Below are positions 1 to 13,423 of a DNA stretch of 64,000 nt, piece by piece (position 1 is the first letter of the stretch; each line of letters begins with the position of its first letter). Origin of the DNA: the human T2T-CHM13v2.0 reference genome, Homo sapiens; NCBI RefSeq assembly GCF_009914755.1, contig NC_060928.1, one strand, 5' to 3'. The translations under genes and the position numbers were made by a program. Under the pieces are notes generated by a model. That model saw nothing but the letters and a program-made list of their open reading frames with translations, had not been told where the DNA came from and made no database searches.

Positions 1-207
1 AATATATTTTATGATATAGAGACAAAAATCCTCTAGAAAATACTAGTAAATTGACTCTAGCAATATATAACAAGGATTATTCACCAAGATAAAGTGAGAC
101 TTATTCCAGAAATGCAAACTTGGTTCAACATACAAAAATTAATCAGTGAAATATACCATATTAATAGAATAAAAGACAAAAACCACATGATCATTTCAAT
201 TGACACT

Positions 208-623
208 ATATGGTTAATTTCATATGTCAACTGGAATGGACTATGAGGTACCCAGATTAAGCATTATTTCTTGGTACGTCTGTGAGAGTGTTTCCTGATG
301 AAATTCACATTTGAATTGGAGGGCTCAGCAAAGTATATTGTTCTCCCAAATGTGGTTGGGTATCATTCAATCCATTGAAGGTCTAAATAGAACAAAAGGC
401 AGAAGGAGGAATTGGCCTCCTTTTTTTCCTGCCTCACTGCTTCATCTGGGACATCTCATGTCATCTTCTCCTGCCCTTGGACCAGGAGTTAAATCATCAG
501 CTCTGGTCTTCAGGTTTGGCCTTGGACTAAATTCCACCAATGGCTTTCCTGGGTCTGCAGGTTGTAGATAGAAGATCATGTGAGTTCTCAACCTCTATAA
601 TCTTGGGAGCCAATTCCTTATTA
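208..623 (+). mobile_element. MLT2-type ERVL solo LTR, 3'-truncated at a microsatellite
   Basis: Starts tatatggttaatttcatatgtcaact, resembling the MLT2 5' end (tgtgatggttaattttatgtgtcaact). Ends gagccaattccttatt followed by a simple repeat, as is typical of MLT2. Confidence 0.75.
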
Positions 624-631
624 TAGATAGG

Positions 632-709
<78 letters not shown>
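624..709 (+). repeat. (GATA)n tetranucleotide microsatellite
   Basis: Direct read: long run of agat units with a few interruptions. Confidence 0.97.
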
Positions 710-1060
710 TGGGATACTAGCATAAGGGTACATACATACAATGTGGTACTAGCATATATAATATTTGATGCTCTCAAATATACATTGCTGCAATAGGATA
801 AGGGTAGACATATAGATCCGAAAGTCCATAAATAAACCTCTGTTTCATACTATATACAAAAAGCAACTCAATATGAATCAAAAACCTAAATGTAAAAGCT
901 AAAATTATAAACCTTTTAGGAGAAAACATTGGGGAAAACCCTGAACTTGGATAAGGCAATGATTTATTAAAGGTGACACTAAAAGCATAAGCACCCCTTC
1001 GTCACGAAAAGATAATCTGTACTTCATCAAAATTAAAACTCTTGTGCTCCAAAGGACACT

Positions 1061-1418
1061 TTTTTTTTTTTAAATAGCTTTAGGAGTAAAAGTGGTTTCT
1101 GGTTACATGGATGAATTGCACAGTGGTGAAGTCTGGGATTTTAGTGCATCTGTCACCCAAATAGTGTACATTGTACTCAATAGGTAGTTTTTCACCATTC
1201 ACCTTCCAGCCTCCCCTCTTCTGAATCTCCAATATTTATTACACCACTCTGTATGCCTTTGTGCACCCATAGCTTACCTCCCACTTCTAAGTGAGAACAT
1301 GTGGTATGTGGTTTTTGATTCCTGAGTTATCTCACTTAAGATAATGGACTCCAGTTCCATCCAAGTTACTGCAAAAGAAATTATTTTATAATTATTTATA
1401 GCTGAGAAGTATTCCATG

Positions 1419-1468
<50 letters not shown>

Positions 1469-1500
1469 GTATATATATATATATGTATATGTGTATATAT

Positions 1501-1533
<33 letters not shown>

Positions 1534-3154
1534 CCACATTTTCCTTAACCACTTATTAGTTGTTGGGCACTTATGTTGGTTTCATATCTTTGCAACTGGG
1601 AATTGTGTTGTGATAAACATATGCATGCAGGTATCTTTTTAATAGAGTGACTTCTTTTCCTTTGGGTAGATACCCAGTAGTGGGATTGCTGGGTTGCATG
1701 GTAGATCTATTTTAGTTTTCTCAGAAATCTTCATACTGTTTTGCATAGAGGTTTTACTAATTTACATTCTCACCAACAGTACATAAATGTTCCCTTTTCA
1801 GCACATCCATGCCAACATCTACTGTTTTTTGACTTTTTAATAACAGCCACTCTGGCTGTGGTAAGGTGGTATCTCATAGTGGTTTTAATTTGCATTTCCC
1901 TGATGATTAGTGATGTTGAACATTTTCCAATATGTTTGTTAGCCATTTGTATATATTCTTTTGAGAAATGTCTATTTATGTCATTTGCCACTTTTTGATG
2001 ATTTTTTTTCTTGCTGATATGTTTGAGTTCCTTGTAAACTGTGGATATTAATCCTTTGTCAGATGCAAAATTTATAAACATTTTCTCCCATTCCATAAGC
2101 TGCTGATCTAATTTGATAATTATTTCTTTCACTATGCAGAGGCTTTTTACTTTAATTAGTTTCCATTTATTTGTTTTTGTTTTTGCTGCATTTGCTTTTA
2201 GGGTCTTGGTCATAAATCATTTGCCTAAGCCAATGTCCAGAAAGGTTTTTCAAGGTTTTCTTATAGAATTTTTATGGTTTCAAGGCTTAAAGTCTTTAAT
2301 TCATCTTAAGTTAATTTTGGTATATGGTGAGAGATAGGGATAGTTTCATTTTTCAAATGTGGCTATCCAATTTTTCCAGCACCATTTGTTGAATAGGAAA
2401 TCTTTTCCCCAATTTATGTTTTTGTATGCTTTGTCCAAGATCAGTTAGTTGTAAGTATTTGGCTTTATTTATGGGTTCTCTATTCTTTTCCATTGGTGTA
2501 TATACCTGCCTTTATACCAGTACCATGCTGTTTTGGTTACTGTAGCCTTGTATTATAATTTGAAGTTGGGTAATGCAATGTCTCCAGATTTGTTCTTTTT
2601 GCACGGGATTCCTTTCCCTATTTGGGCTCTTTTTTGGTTCCATGTGAAGCTTAGGATTGCTTTTTCTAATTCTGTGAGAAATGATGTTGGCATTATGATA
2701 GGAATTTCACTGAATCTATAGATGCTTTGGGAAGTGTGGTCATTTTCACAATATTGATTTTTCCAATCCATGTATTTGTGTTATCTATTATTTCTTTCAG
2801 CAGTGTTTTGTAGCTCTCCTTGTAGAGATCTTTCACCTCCTTGATTAAGTATATTCCTGGGTATTTTATTGTGTTTTGTTTTTGTAGCTATTGTGTAAAG
2901 GATTGAGTTCTTGATTTGATTCTCTGCTCGATCATTATTGGTGTATAGCAGTGGTACTAATTCATGCACATATTAATCTTATAACCTGAGACTTTACTAA
3001 TTCATTTATCATATCTAGGAGTCTTTTTGAGGAGTATTTAGGGTTTTCTAGATGTAAGATCATATAATCAGCAAACAGAGATAATCTGACTTCCTCTTTT
3101 CCAATTGGGCTGTCCTTTATTTCTTGGCCTTGCCTGAATGCTCTGGCTAGGACT
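1061..3154 (-). mobile_element. 5'-truncated L1PB (L1PB1-like)
   Basis: Poly(T) at 1060-1071, L1PB-type 3'UTR (ggttacatggatgaattg…agtggtgaagtctgggattttagtgca), ORF2-like minus-strand peptides (1770-2213, 2553-2771), and TSD ctccaaaggacact 1047-1060 / ccccaaagaacact 3155-3168. Confidence 0.88.
1422..1532. repeat. (TA)n/(TATG)n microsatellite expanded inside L1PB
   Basis: Direct read. Confidence 0.97.
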
Positions 3155-3288
3155 CCCCAAAGAACACTATTAAGAAAGTAAAAAGAAAACATACAGAAAG
3201 GAATAAAATATGTGCAAATCATGTATCTGATATGGGCCTGATATACACTTAAAGAATTCTTCTAACTAAACATCAAAAAGACACCCCC

Positions 3289-4351
<1,063 letters not shown>

Positions 4352-4731
4352 TCAGCAAAGTATTTAAATAAATTTTCCCCAAAGAAAATATATAAATCAT
4401 CAATAAGCACATGAAAATATGCCCAACATCATTGGTCATTAGGGAAATGCAAATAAAACTCACAATAAGATTCCACTTTACACCCACTAGGATGGCTATA
4501 ACCAAGAAGACAAATAATAGCAAGTGTGTTGTTGAGGATGTAGAGTTTTAAAACCTTTATAAATTCCTGATGAAAGTGTAAAATGATGCATCCTCTGTAG
4601 AAGACAGTTTGGCACTTCCTTAAAACGTTAAACAGAGTTGACATATAATCCAGCAATTCAACTGGAGGTATATACCTATGAGAATTGAAAACATAATGTT
4701 TACACAAAAACAGGCACTCAAATGTCCACAG

Positions 4732-5272
4732 TGTTAGGGCTCAATGTTTCCTTTCCATTCGTCAAAGGTGAATTTTGACAGTTGCAAAGAAAGAACCCTA
4801 ATAGACACACTATATATAGCGTTAATATAATAACACCCAGTTTGACTACATATACATTTCTCTAAATGCTCTATTCTCACAGAGTAGACTCATTGATATT
4901 TATCATATTAGTTGGCATCATAATTATTAACAGATATAATTATGTTTGTTAAATAATTAATGAAAGGTCACACAACTACTACGTGTCAGAGGCAGAAATC
5001 CCACACAACCATTCAGCTCCAAGATTGATTCTACAGTTCACTTTGAAAAGGGTGAGGCTGTGGTCAGGAATAAGGGAGAGAGCATATTCCAAGCAAAGGA
5101 CAAAGCTGTAAAAGCCAAGCCCTATCCACAAGGCCTACAGACCTTTATTGTTATGTGAAGCCTCAGGACTGATCTGAGCTTCTTCAGATGGGATATTTCT
5201 GTTAGTTAGATTAAGAATTAGTATTGTACACATTATTGTACATCAATGTACAATGTACACCATATTATCGTC
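4732..5272. other. Non-L1 fragment inserted in the L1M 3' end, with MIR-like and L2-like relics
   Basis: L1 text stops at cactcaaatgtccacag (4715-4731) and restarts at cactcatgttcatag (5273-5287). The insert has MIR-like aaggtcacacaact…cagaggcagaaatccc (~4964-5001) and L2-like gagcatattccaagcaaaggac (~5080-5101). Confidence 0.6.
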
Positions 5273-5380
5273 CACTCATGTTCATAGCAGCATTACTCCC
5301 AATAGCCAAAAGGTGGAAACAACTCAACTGTCCCTCAACAGATAAATGGATAAACAAAATGTTTTATATAATGTTTTATC

Positions 5381-5410
5381 TGTGTGTGTGTCTGTGTGTG
5401 TGTGTGTGTG
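5381..5410. repeat. (TG)n microsatellite
   Basis: Direct read. Confidence 0.95.
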
Positions 5411-8400
5411 CCTAATGAGATGTTATTCAGCGAAAAGAATGGCATTCTAATACATGCTACATGTATTAGATGAGCTTTGGAAACATTATGCTAAGTGAAA
5501 TAACACATATGAAAAGAATAAATATTGTATGATATCTCTTATATGAGGTAGATAGAATAGTAAAATTAATACAGACAGAAAGTAGAATAGTGGTTATTAG
5601 AGGCTGGGAAAAGGAGGTAACATTGGACCCAGCAGTGGAGCAGGATCCCCAGGACTGAAGGCCACACAGTGCCCTACACCCCAGAGAACAGGCAGTTTAG
5701 CCCACTGGGAGGCTGCTCCTAAAACAAAGGGAGGACAGCATATACTCCCTAGAGTTTAAAAGCTGCCTGCCTGGGTCCATTGACTGCAACCTCACCCCAC
5801 CAGCATCAGGGCTGCTCTACAATGACATGCATTCTGAGGACAGGTTCTCCCCCAGGCCCACCCAGGCTGGAACTGTTTCCCAAGTACTCAAAAACACCCC
5901 TTGAGAGCCTGGGATCATCCCACCTCATCCACCATTGTTGGTATCCATGCATTCCTCCTGGGGGCTTGAGGATGGGCCCACCCACCTGCCACTACCACCA
6001 CTGCCAGCAGTCATCCACACACACCACTTGGGGCCTGGACTGACCTGCTCAGCCCATTTCAGCCAGCACTAAAACCAGCATGTGCTGCCTGGGAGCCCAA
6101 GGGTTGTTCTACCACCTGTGCTGCCATCTCCCACACCATACATGCTACCCAGAGGCCCAAGGATTCATCCATTTTCCCAGTCCATCACTGGCACTGCCAG
6201 CACCTGAGAAAGAGCCTGGAGGCCCAGGAATCAGCCCACCTGGACTTCCTAACACCAATGCCCACAAATGCCATCCAGGCACCCAAGGACAGACATGCTC
6301 AGCCCACTGCTGCCACCACTGGGTTCTGGAGAGAGGCCCATTTGTTGTCCTCATCCCAATAAAGCCTCACCACAGCCTCCACTAACAACTGCAGCCTAAG
6401 CCACTGAAGAAATCACAGACACCACTAAGGCTGTTTAGGGCCAAAAAAATTATACAAAGATGACACTACTGCACACACTAAGAATCAAAGCTAAAGTGGC
6501 CTACCCAACCAACACTGTAGACACATCTTCAGGAAAAAGTTTTCCCCTGTAAAAGTTAATCCAGAAAAATGGAAGAAGCAGCCATTATATGACAGGAGCA
6601 TTCAGATATCAATGTAAAGAAACATGAAACATAAACATTACAGAAACAAGAAACATGAACATTACAGCTAATAATGTAAAAACACAAGAAATATGAAAAA
6701 GAAAGGGAATATAAAACCTCCAAAAGAACACAATAATTCTCCAGCAACAGATTCTAAAGAAACCAAAATGCATGAAATACCTGAAAAAGAATTTGAAGTG
6801 ATAATATCAAAGGAGCTCCATGAGATACAAGATAACACAGACAAACATTACAACAATGCACAACAAAATCAGAAAAAAAAATTCTTTCAGATATGAGTGA
6901 GAAATTCACCAAAGACATCATTTAAAAAGAACCAAACAAATCCTGAAACTGAAGAATTTAATGAGTTTAAAAAAATACAGTCAAGAGTTTCAATAATAGA
7001 CTAGATCAAATGAAAGAAAGAATTTTTCAGAACTTGAAGACAAGACTTTTGAAATAACTCAGAAAAATAGAAAGAAAAAAATGAAGAACACTTATGTGAC
7101 AAATGAGACACCATGAAGAGACCAAATTTTTAATTATGGGTATTCTGGAAGTTGAGGAAAAGCCCAAAGGCATAGAAAATCTATATAACAAAATGATAGC
7201 TAAGAATGTCACAAGTCTAGCAAGAGATTTAGACATCTAACTACAGAAAACTCAGATTCCCAGGTAGATACAATCTAAAAAGGTCTCTCCATAGTATATT
7301 ATATGAAAACTATCAAAAGTCAAAGACAAAGAAAGAATTGTAAGGACAGCAAGATGAGGATTCCCATAAATGTGACTAGACATTCAGTAACTAACAGCAC
7401 TAAAGTTAAGTGACTAAGATCTAGTCACATATAAGGGAACCCCTCAACAGAATAACAGATTTCTCAGCAGAAATCTTACAGGCCAGAAGAGAATGGGATG
7501 AAATATTCAAAATGCTAAAAGAAATAAATATGCTAGCCAAAAATGTTACACCCAGCATAGTTATTCTTTATAAATGAAGGATAAATAAAGTGTTTCCCAG
7601 ACACGCAAAAACTGAGGGAATTTATCACCACTAGACCAGCTGCACAAGAAATGCCTAAGAAAATCATACTCTCGGAAGGGAAAAAACAGTATCTATCATC
7701 ACAAAAGCACACAGAAGTATAAAACTTACGGGTAGAGCAAACACACAAATGAGGAGGAGAAAAAACTCAAATGTTAATACTACAGAAAAATACAAAACTA
7801 TGGTGACAATAAGAAAGAAAGAATAAAGGATATACAAAACAACCAGAAAGCAATTACCAAAATGACAAAATGACAGGAATAAGAGTTCCCTCACATATCA
7901 ATAATAAACTTGAATGCAAATAGATTAAATATTCTACTTAAAATATATACAATGGGATGGCTGGCAAGATTGCCGAATAGGAACAACTCTGGTCTGCAGC
8001 TCCCAGAGAGATCAATGCAGAAGGCAGGTGATTTCTGCATTTCCAACTGAGGCACCTAGCTCATCTCACTGGGACTGGTTAGACAGTGGGTGCAGCCCAC
8101 AGAGTGCGAATCAAAGAAGGGTGGGTGTCACCTCACCTGGGAAGTGCAAGGGTTTAGGGAACTCCCGCCCCTAGCCAAGGGAAGCCGTGAGGGACTATGC
8201 TGTGAGGAATGGTGCATTCCAGCCCAGATACTATGCTTTTCCCACAGTCTTTGCAACACAGAGACCAGGAGATTCCCTCGGGTGCCTACACCACCAGTGC
8301 CCTGGGTTTCAAGCACAAAATTGGGTGGCCATTTGGGCAGACACTGAGCTAGCTGCAGGAATTTTTTTTATATACCCCAGTGGTGCCAGGAACACCAGCA

Positions 8401-9033
8401 AGATAGAACCATTCCTTCCCCTGGAAAGGGGGCAGAAGCCAGGGAGACAAGTGGTGTAGTTCAGTGGATCCCACCCCCATGGAGCTCAGAAAGCTAAGAT
8501 CCACTGGCTTGAAATTCTTGCTGCCAGCACAGCAGTCTGAAGTCAAACTGGGATGCTAGAGCTTGGTTGGGGGAGGGGCAACCACCATTACTGAGGCTTG
8601 AGTAGGCAGTTTTCCCCTCACAGTGTAAACTCAGACTGGGCAGAGCCCACCATAGCACCACAAAGCTGCTATAGTCAGACTGCCTCTCTAGATTCCTCCT
8701 TTCTGGGCAGGGCATCTCTGAAAGAAAGGAAGCAGCCCCAGTCAGGGGCTTGTAGATAAAACTCTCATCTCCCTAGGACAGAGCACTTGGGGGAAGGGGC
8801 AGCTGTGGGCACTGCTTCAGCAGACCTAAATGTTCCTGTCTGCCAGCTCTGAAGAAAGCAGATCTCCCAGCACAGTGCTCGAGCTCTGCTAAGAGACATA
8901 CTGCCTCCTCAAGTGGGTCCCTGACCCCTGTGCCATACTGCATAAAGTAATTTATAGATTCAATGCTATCCTCATCAAGCTACCATTTACTTTCTTCACA
9001 GAATTAGAAAAAAACTACTTTAAATTTCACATT

Positions 9034-9941
9034 GGGGGGGAGGAGCCAAGATGGCCGAATAGGAACAGCTCCAGTCTACAGCTCCCAGCGTGAGCGATGC
9101 AGAAGACGGGTGATTTCTGCATTTCCATCTGAGGTACCGGGTTCATCTCACTAGGGAGTGCCAGACAGTGGGCGCAGGTCAGTGGGTGCGCGCACCGTGC
9201 GCGAGCCGAAGCAGGGTGAGGCATTGCCTCCCTTGGGAAGCGCAAGGGGTCAGGGAGTTCCCTTTCCGAGTCAAAGAAAGGGGTGACGGACGCACCTGGA
9301 AAATCGGGTCACTCCCACCCGAATATTGCGCTTTTCGGACCGGCTTAAAAAACAATGCACCACCAGATTATATCCCGCACCTGGCTCGGAGGGTCCTACG
9401 CCCATGGAGTCTCGCTGATTGCTAGCACAGCAGTCTGAGATCAAACTGCAAGGAGGCAGCGAGGCTGGGGGAGGGGTGCCCACCATTGCCCAGGCTTGCT
9501 TAGGTAAACAAAGCAGCCGGGAAGCTCGAACTGGGTGGAGCCCACCACAGCTCAAGGAGGCCTGCCTGCCTCTGTAGGCTCCACCTCTGGGGGCAGGGCA
9601 CAGACAAACAAAAAGACAGCAGTAACCTCTGCAGACTTAAATGTCCCTGTCTGACAGCTTTGAAGAGAGCAGTGGTTCTCCCAGCACGCAGCTGGAGATC
9701 TGAGAACGGGCAGACTGCCTCCTCAAGTGGGTCCCTGACCCCTGACCCCCGAGCAGCCTAACTGGGAGGCACCCCCCAGCAGGGGCACACTGACACCTCA
9801 CACGGCAGGGTATTCCAACAGACCTGCAGCTGAGGGTCCTGTCTGTTAGAAGGAAAACTAACAAACAGAAAGGACATCCACACCAAAAACCCATCTGTAC
9901 ATCACCATCATCAAAGACCAAAAGTAGATAAAACCACAAAG
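9034..9941. promoter_or_regulatory. L1PA2 5'UTR bidirectional promoter (sense promoter with YY1 site; antisense promoter)
   Basis: Intact caagatggccg YY1 motif at ~9047-9057, many CpGs retained, and the short form lacking the ~129-bp ZNF93-bound segment (cacacggcagggtattccaacagacc at ~9799-9824). Confidence 0.8.
9271..9486 (-). CDS. Intact L1 ORF0 (71 aa, antisense in the 5'UTR)
   Basis: ATG at 9486-9484 gives MVGTPPPASLPPCSLISDCCASNQRDS…RFSRCVRHPFL, 71 codons without a stop, matching the primate ORF0 peptide. Expression is not shown. Confidence 0.75.
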   Translation of the reverse strand: MVGTPPPASLPPCSLISDCCASNQRDSMGVGPSEPGAGYNLVVHCFLSRSEKRNIRVGVTRFSRCVRHPFL

Positions 9942-10331
9942 ATGGGGAAAAAACAGAACAGAAAAACTGGAAACTCTAAAACGCAGAGCGCCTCTCCTCC
10001 TCCAAAGGAACGCAGTTCCTCACCAGCAACGGAACAAAGCTGGATGGAGAATGACTTTGACGAGCTGAGAGAAGAAGGCTTCAGAGGATCAAATTACTCT
10101 GAGCTACGGGAGGACATTCAAACCAAAGGCAAAGAAGTTGAAAACTTTGAAAAAAATTTAGAAGAATGTATAACTAGAATAACCAATACAGAGAAGTGCT
10201 TAAAGGAGCTGATGGAGCTGAAAACCAAGGCTCGAGAACTACGTGAAGAATGCAGAAGCCTCAGGAGCCGATGCGATCAACTGGAAGAAAGGGTATCAGC
10301 GATGGAAGATGAAATGAATGAAATGAAGTGA
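9942..10331 (+). pseudogene. L1 ORF1p N-terminal 129 aa (N-terminal region plus most of the coiled coil), ending at the deletion junction
   Basis: MGKKQNRKTGNSKTQSASPPPKERSSSPATEQSW…EMNEMK*. The TGA sits where the consensus has CGA (Arg). Confidence 0.9.
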
Positions 10332-12996
10332 GAAATGCAAATCAAAACCACAATGAGATACCATCTCACACCAGTTAGAATGGCAATCATTAAAAAGTCA
10401 GGAAACAACAGGTGCTGGAGAGGATGTGGAGAAATAGGAACACTTTTACACTGTTGGTGGGACTGTAAACTAGTTCAACCATTGTAGAAGTCAGTGTGGC
10501 GATTCCTCAGGGATCTAGAACTAGAAATACCATTTGACCCAGCCATCCCAATACTGAGTTATATACCCAAAGGACTATAAATCATGCTGCTATAAAGATA
10601 CATGCACACGTATGTTTATTGCGGCACTATTCATTATAGCAAAGACTTGGAACCAACCCAAATGTCCAACAATGATAGACTGGATTAAGAAAATGTGGCA
10701 CATATACACCATGGAATACTATGCAGCCATAAAAAATGATGAGTTCATGTCCTTTGTAGGGACATGGATGAAATTGGAAATCATCATTCTCAGTAAACTA
10801 TCTCAAGAACAAAAAACCAAACACCGCATATTCTCACTCATAGGTGGGAATTGAACAATGAGATCACATGGACACAGGAAGGGGAATATCACACTCTGGG
10901 GACTGTGGTGGGGTTGGGGGAGGGGGGAGGGAGAGCATTGGAAGATATACCTAATGCTAGATGACGAGTTAGTGGGTGCAGCGCACCAGCATGGCACATG
11001 TATACATATGTAACTAACCTGCACATTGTGCACATGTACCCTAAAACTTAAAGTATAATTAAAAAAAAAAATTTCACATGGAACTAAAAAAGAGCCCATG
11101 TAGCCAAGACAGTCCTAAGCAAAAAGAACAAAGCTGGAGGCATCACGCTGCCTGACTTCAAACTATACTACAAGGCTATGGTACCAAAACAGATATATAG
11201 ACCAGTGGAACAGAACAGAGGCCTCAGAAATAATACCACACATCCACAACCATCTGATCTTTGACAAACCTGACAAAAACAAGCAATGGGGAAAGGATTC
11301 CCTATTTAATAAATGGTGTTGGGAAAACTCACTAGCCATAGGCAGAAAACTGAAACTGGATCCCTTCCTTACAAATTATACAAAAATTAACTCAAGATGG
11401 ATTAAAGACTTAAACATAAGACCTAATACCATAAAAACCCTAGAAGAAAACCTAGGCAACACCATTCAGGACATAGGCATGGGCAAAGACTTCATGACTA
11501 AAACACCAAAAGCCATGACAATAAAAGCCAAAATTGACAAATGGGATCTAATTAAACTGAAGAGCTTCTGCACAACAAAAGAAACATCATCAGAGTGAAC
11601 ACGCAACCTACAGAATGGGAGAAAACTTTTGCAATCTAGCCATCTGACAAAGGGCTAATATCCAGAATCTACAAGGAACTTAAACAAATTCACAAGAAAA
11701 AACAAATAACCCCATCAAAAAGTGGACAAAGGATATGAACAGCCACTTCTGAAAAGAAGACATTTATGTGGCCAACAAACATGAAAAAACGCTTATCATC
11801 ACCGGTCATTAGAGAAATGCAAATCAAAACCACAATGAGATACCATCTCATGCCAGTTAGAATGGTGATCATTAAAAAGTCAGGAAACAACAGATGCTGG
11901 AGAAGACGTAAAGAAACAGGAATGCTTTTACACTGTTGGTGGGAGAGTAAATTAGTTCAACCATTGTGGAAGACAGTGTGGTGATTCCTCAAGAGTCTAG
12001 AATCAGAAATACCATTTGACCCAGCAATCCCATTACTGGGTATACACCCAAAGGATTATAAATCATCCTACTGTAAAGACACATGCACACGTATGTTTAT
12101 TGCAGCACTCTTCACAATAGCAAAGACTTGGAACCAATCCAAATGCCCATCAATGTTAGACTGGATAAAGAACATGTGGCACATATACACCATGGAATAC
12201 TATGCAGCCGTAAAAAAGAATGAGTTCTTGTCCTTTGCAGGGACATGGATGAAGCTGGAAACCATCATTCTCAGCAAACTAACACAGGAACAGAAAACCA
12301 AACACTGCATGCTCTCACTCATAAGTGGGATTTGAACGATGAGAACATATGGACACAGAGAGAGGAACATCACACACCAGGTCCTGTCAGTGGGTAGGGG
12401 GAAAGGGGAGGGATAGCATTAGGAAAAATGCCTAATGTAGACGATGCGTTGATGGGTGCAGCAAGCCACCATGGCACGTGCATGCCTATGTAACAAACCT
12501 GCACGTTCTGCACATGTATTCCAGAACTTAGAATATAATAATTAAAAAAAAAAGTTGGAATGAACAACAACAAAAAAGATAGACACTGGCTGAATAGATT
12601 TTTTTTAATGACCCAACTATATGCTGCCTCTAAGAATCTCATCTCACCTGTAAAGACATATAAATTGAACATAAAGGGATGGAAAAAGATATTCCACAAA
12701 ACAAAAACCCAAAGTGAGCAGGAGTATTTACACCCATATCAGATAAAACAGACTTTAAGTCAAAAACAGTAAAAACAGACAAAGTCATTATATAATGATA
12801 AAGGAATCCATTAAGCAAAAGTATATAACAATTTAAAATATATATGCACCCAACACCCAAGCACCCAGATATATAAAGGAAATATTATTAGATCTAAATG
12901 GAGAGTAGACTCCAAAACTATAATAGTTGGAAACTTCAACACCCCACTCTCAGCTTTATACAGATTATCTAGACAGAGAATTAACAAAGAACATTT

Positions 12997-13423
12997 ATTT
13001 TCTTTTTTTAATTTATTTAACTTTTAAGTTCAGGGGTACATGTGCATGTTGTTTATATAAGTAAACTTGTGTCATGGGGGCTTGTGGTACAGATAATTTT
13101 ATCATCCAGGTATTAAGCCTAGTACCCATTAGTTATTTTTCCTGGTCCTCTCTCTCGTCCTATCTTCCACCCTCCAATAGAACCCAGTGTGTGTCATTCC
13201 CTTCTATGTGTTCATGTGTTGTCATCATTTAGCTCCCAATTAAAAGTGAGATCATGTAGCATGTGGTTTTCTGTTTCTCTGTTAGTCTGCTTAGGATAAT
13301 GGCCTCCAGCTCCATCCATGTTTCTGCAAAGGAATACTATGGCTGCATAGTATTCCATGGTGTATATGTACCAGTTTCTTTATCCAGTCTGTCATTCATG
13401 GGCTTTTTGGTTGATTCCATGTC
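12997..13423 (-). mobile_element. Short L1PA 3' end (L1PA13-like)
   Basis: T-rich tail, 3'UTR caggtattaagcctagtacccattagttatt, and approximate TSD acaaagaacattt 12984-12996 / acaaagaaatattt 13424-13437. Confidence 0.82.

Larger units (their letters stand above)
9034..11068 (+). mobile_element. L1PA2 with complete 5'UTR, ~4-kb internal deletion, 3'UTR and poly(A)
   Basis: Starts gggggggaggagccaagatggccgaatagg. The 3'UTR diagnostic gctagatgacgagttagtgggtgcagcgcaccagc is the GAG form, not ACA/ACG. TSD aaatttcacat 9022-9032 / 11069-11079 at a ttt/aaa endonuclease site. Confidence 0.93.
7956..12573 (+). mobile_element. L1PA7-like element with intact 5' end, large internal deletion and 3' end
   Basis: 5'UTR 7956-8934 joins directly to late ORF2 (ccatactgc…aaagtaatttatagattc). 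L1PA7-type 3'UTR and poly(A) at ~12544-12553. Degenerate TSD aaaatatatacaatgg 7940-7955 / aaaagatagacactgg 12574-12589. Confidence 0.88.

Noticed and set aside
527-1552. Low-complexity ORFs (YLSI and YI repeats)
   Set aside because: These are translations of (GATA)n and (TA)n microsatellites.
10321-10340. Spliced-L1 (GT-AG) explanation for the L1PA2 and L1PA7 junctions
   Set aside because: Against recalled consensus text the removed segments do not start with GT, and both junctions show microhomology instead. This should be confirmed by alignment.
10898-10932. G-quadruplex-like G-tracts in L1 3'UTRs
   Set aside because: A standard feature of L1PA 3'UTRs, not specific to this locus.
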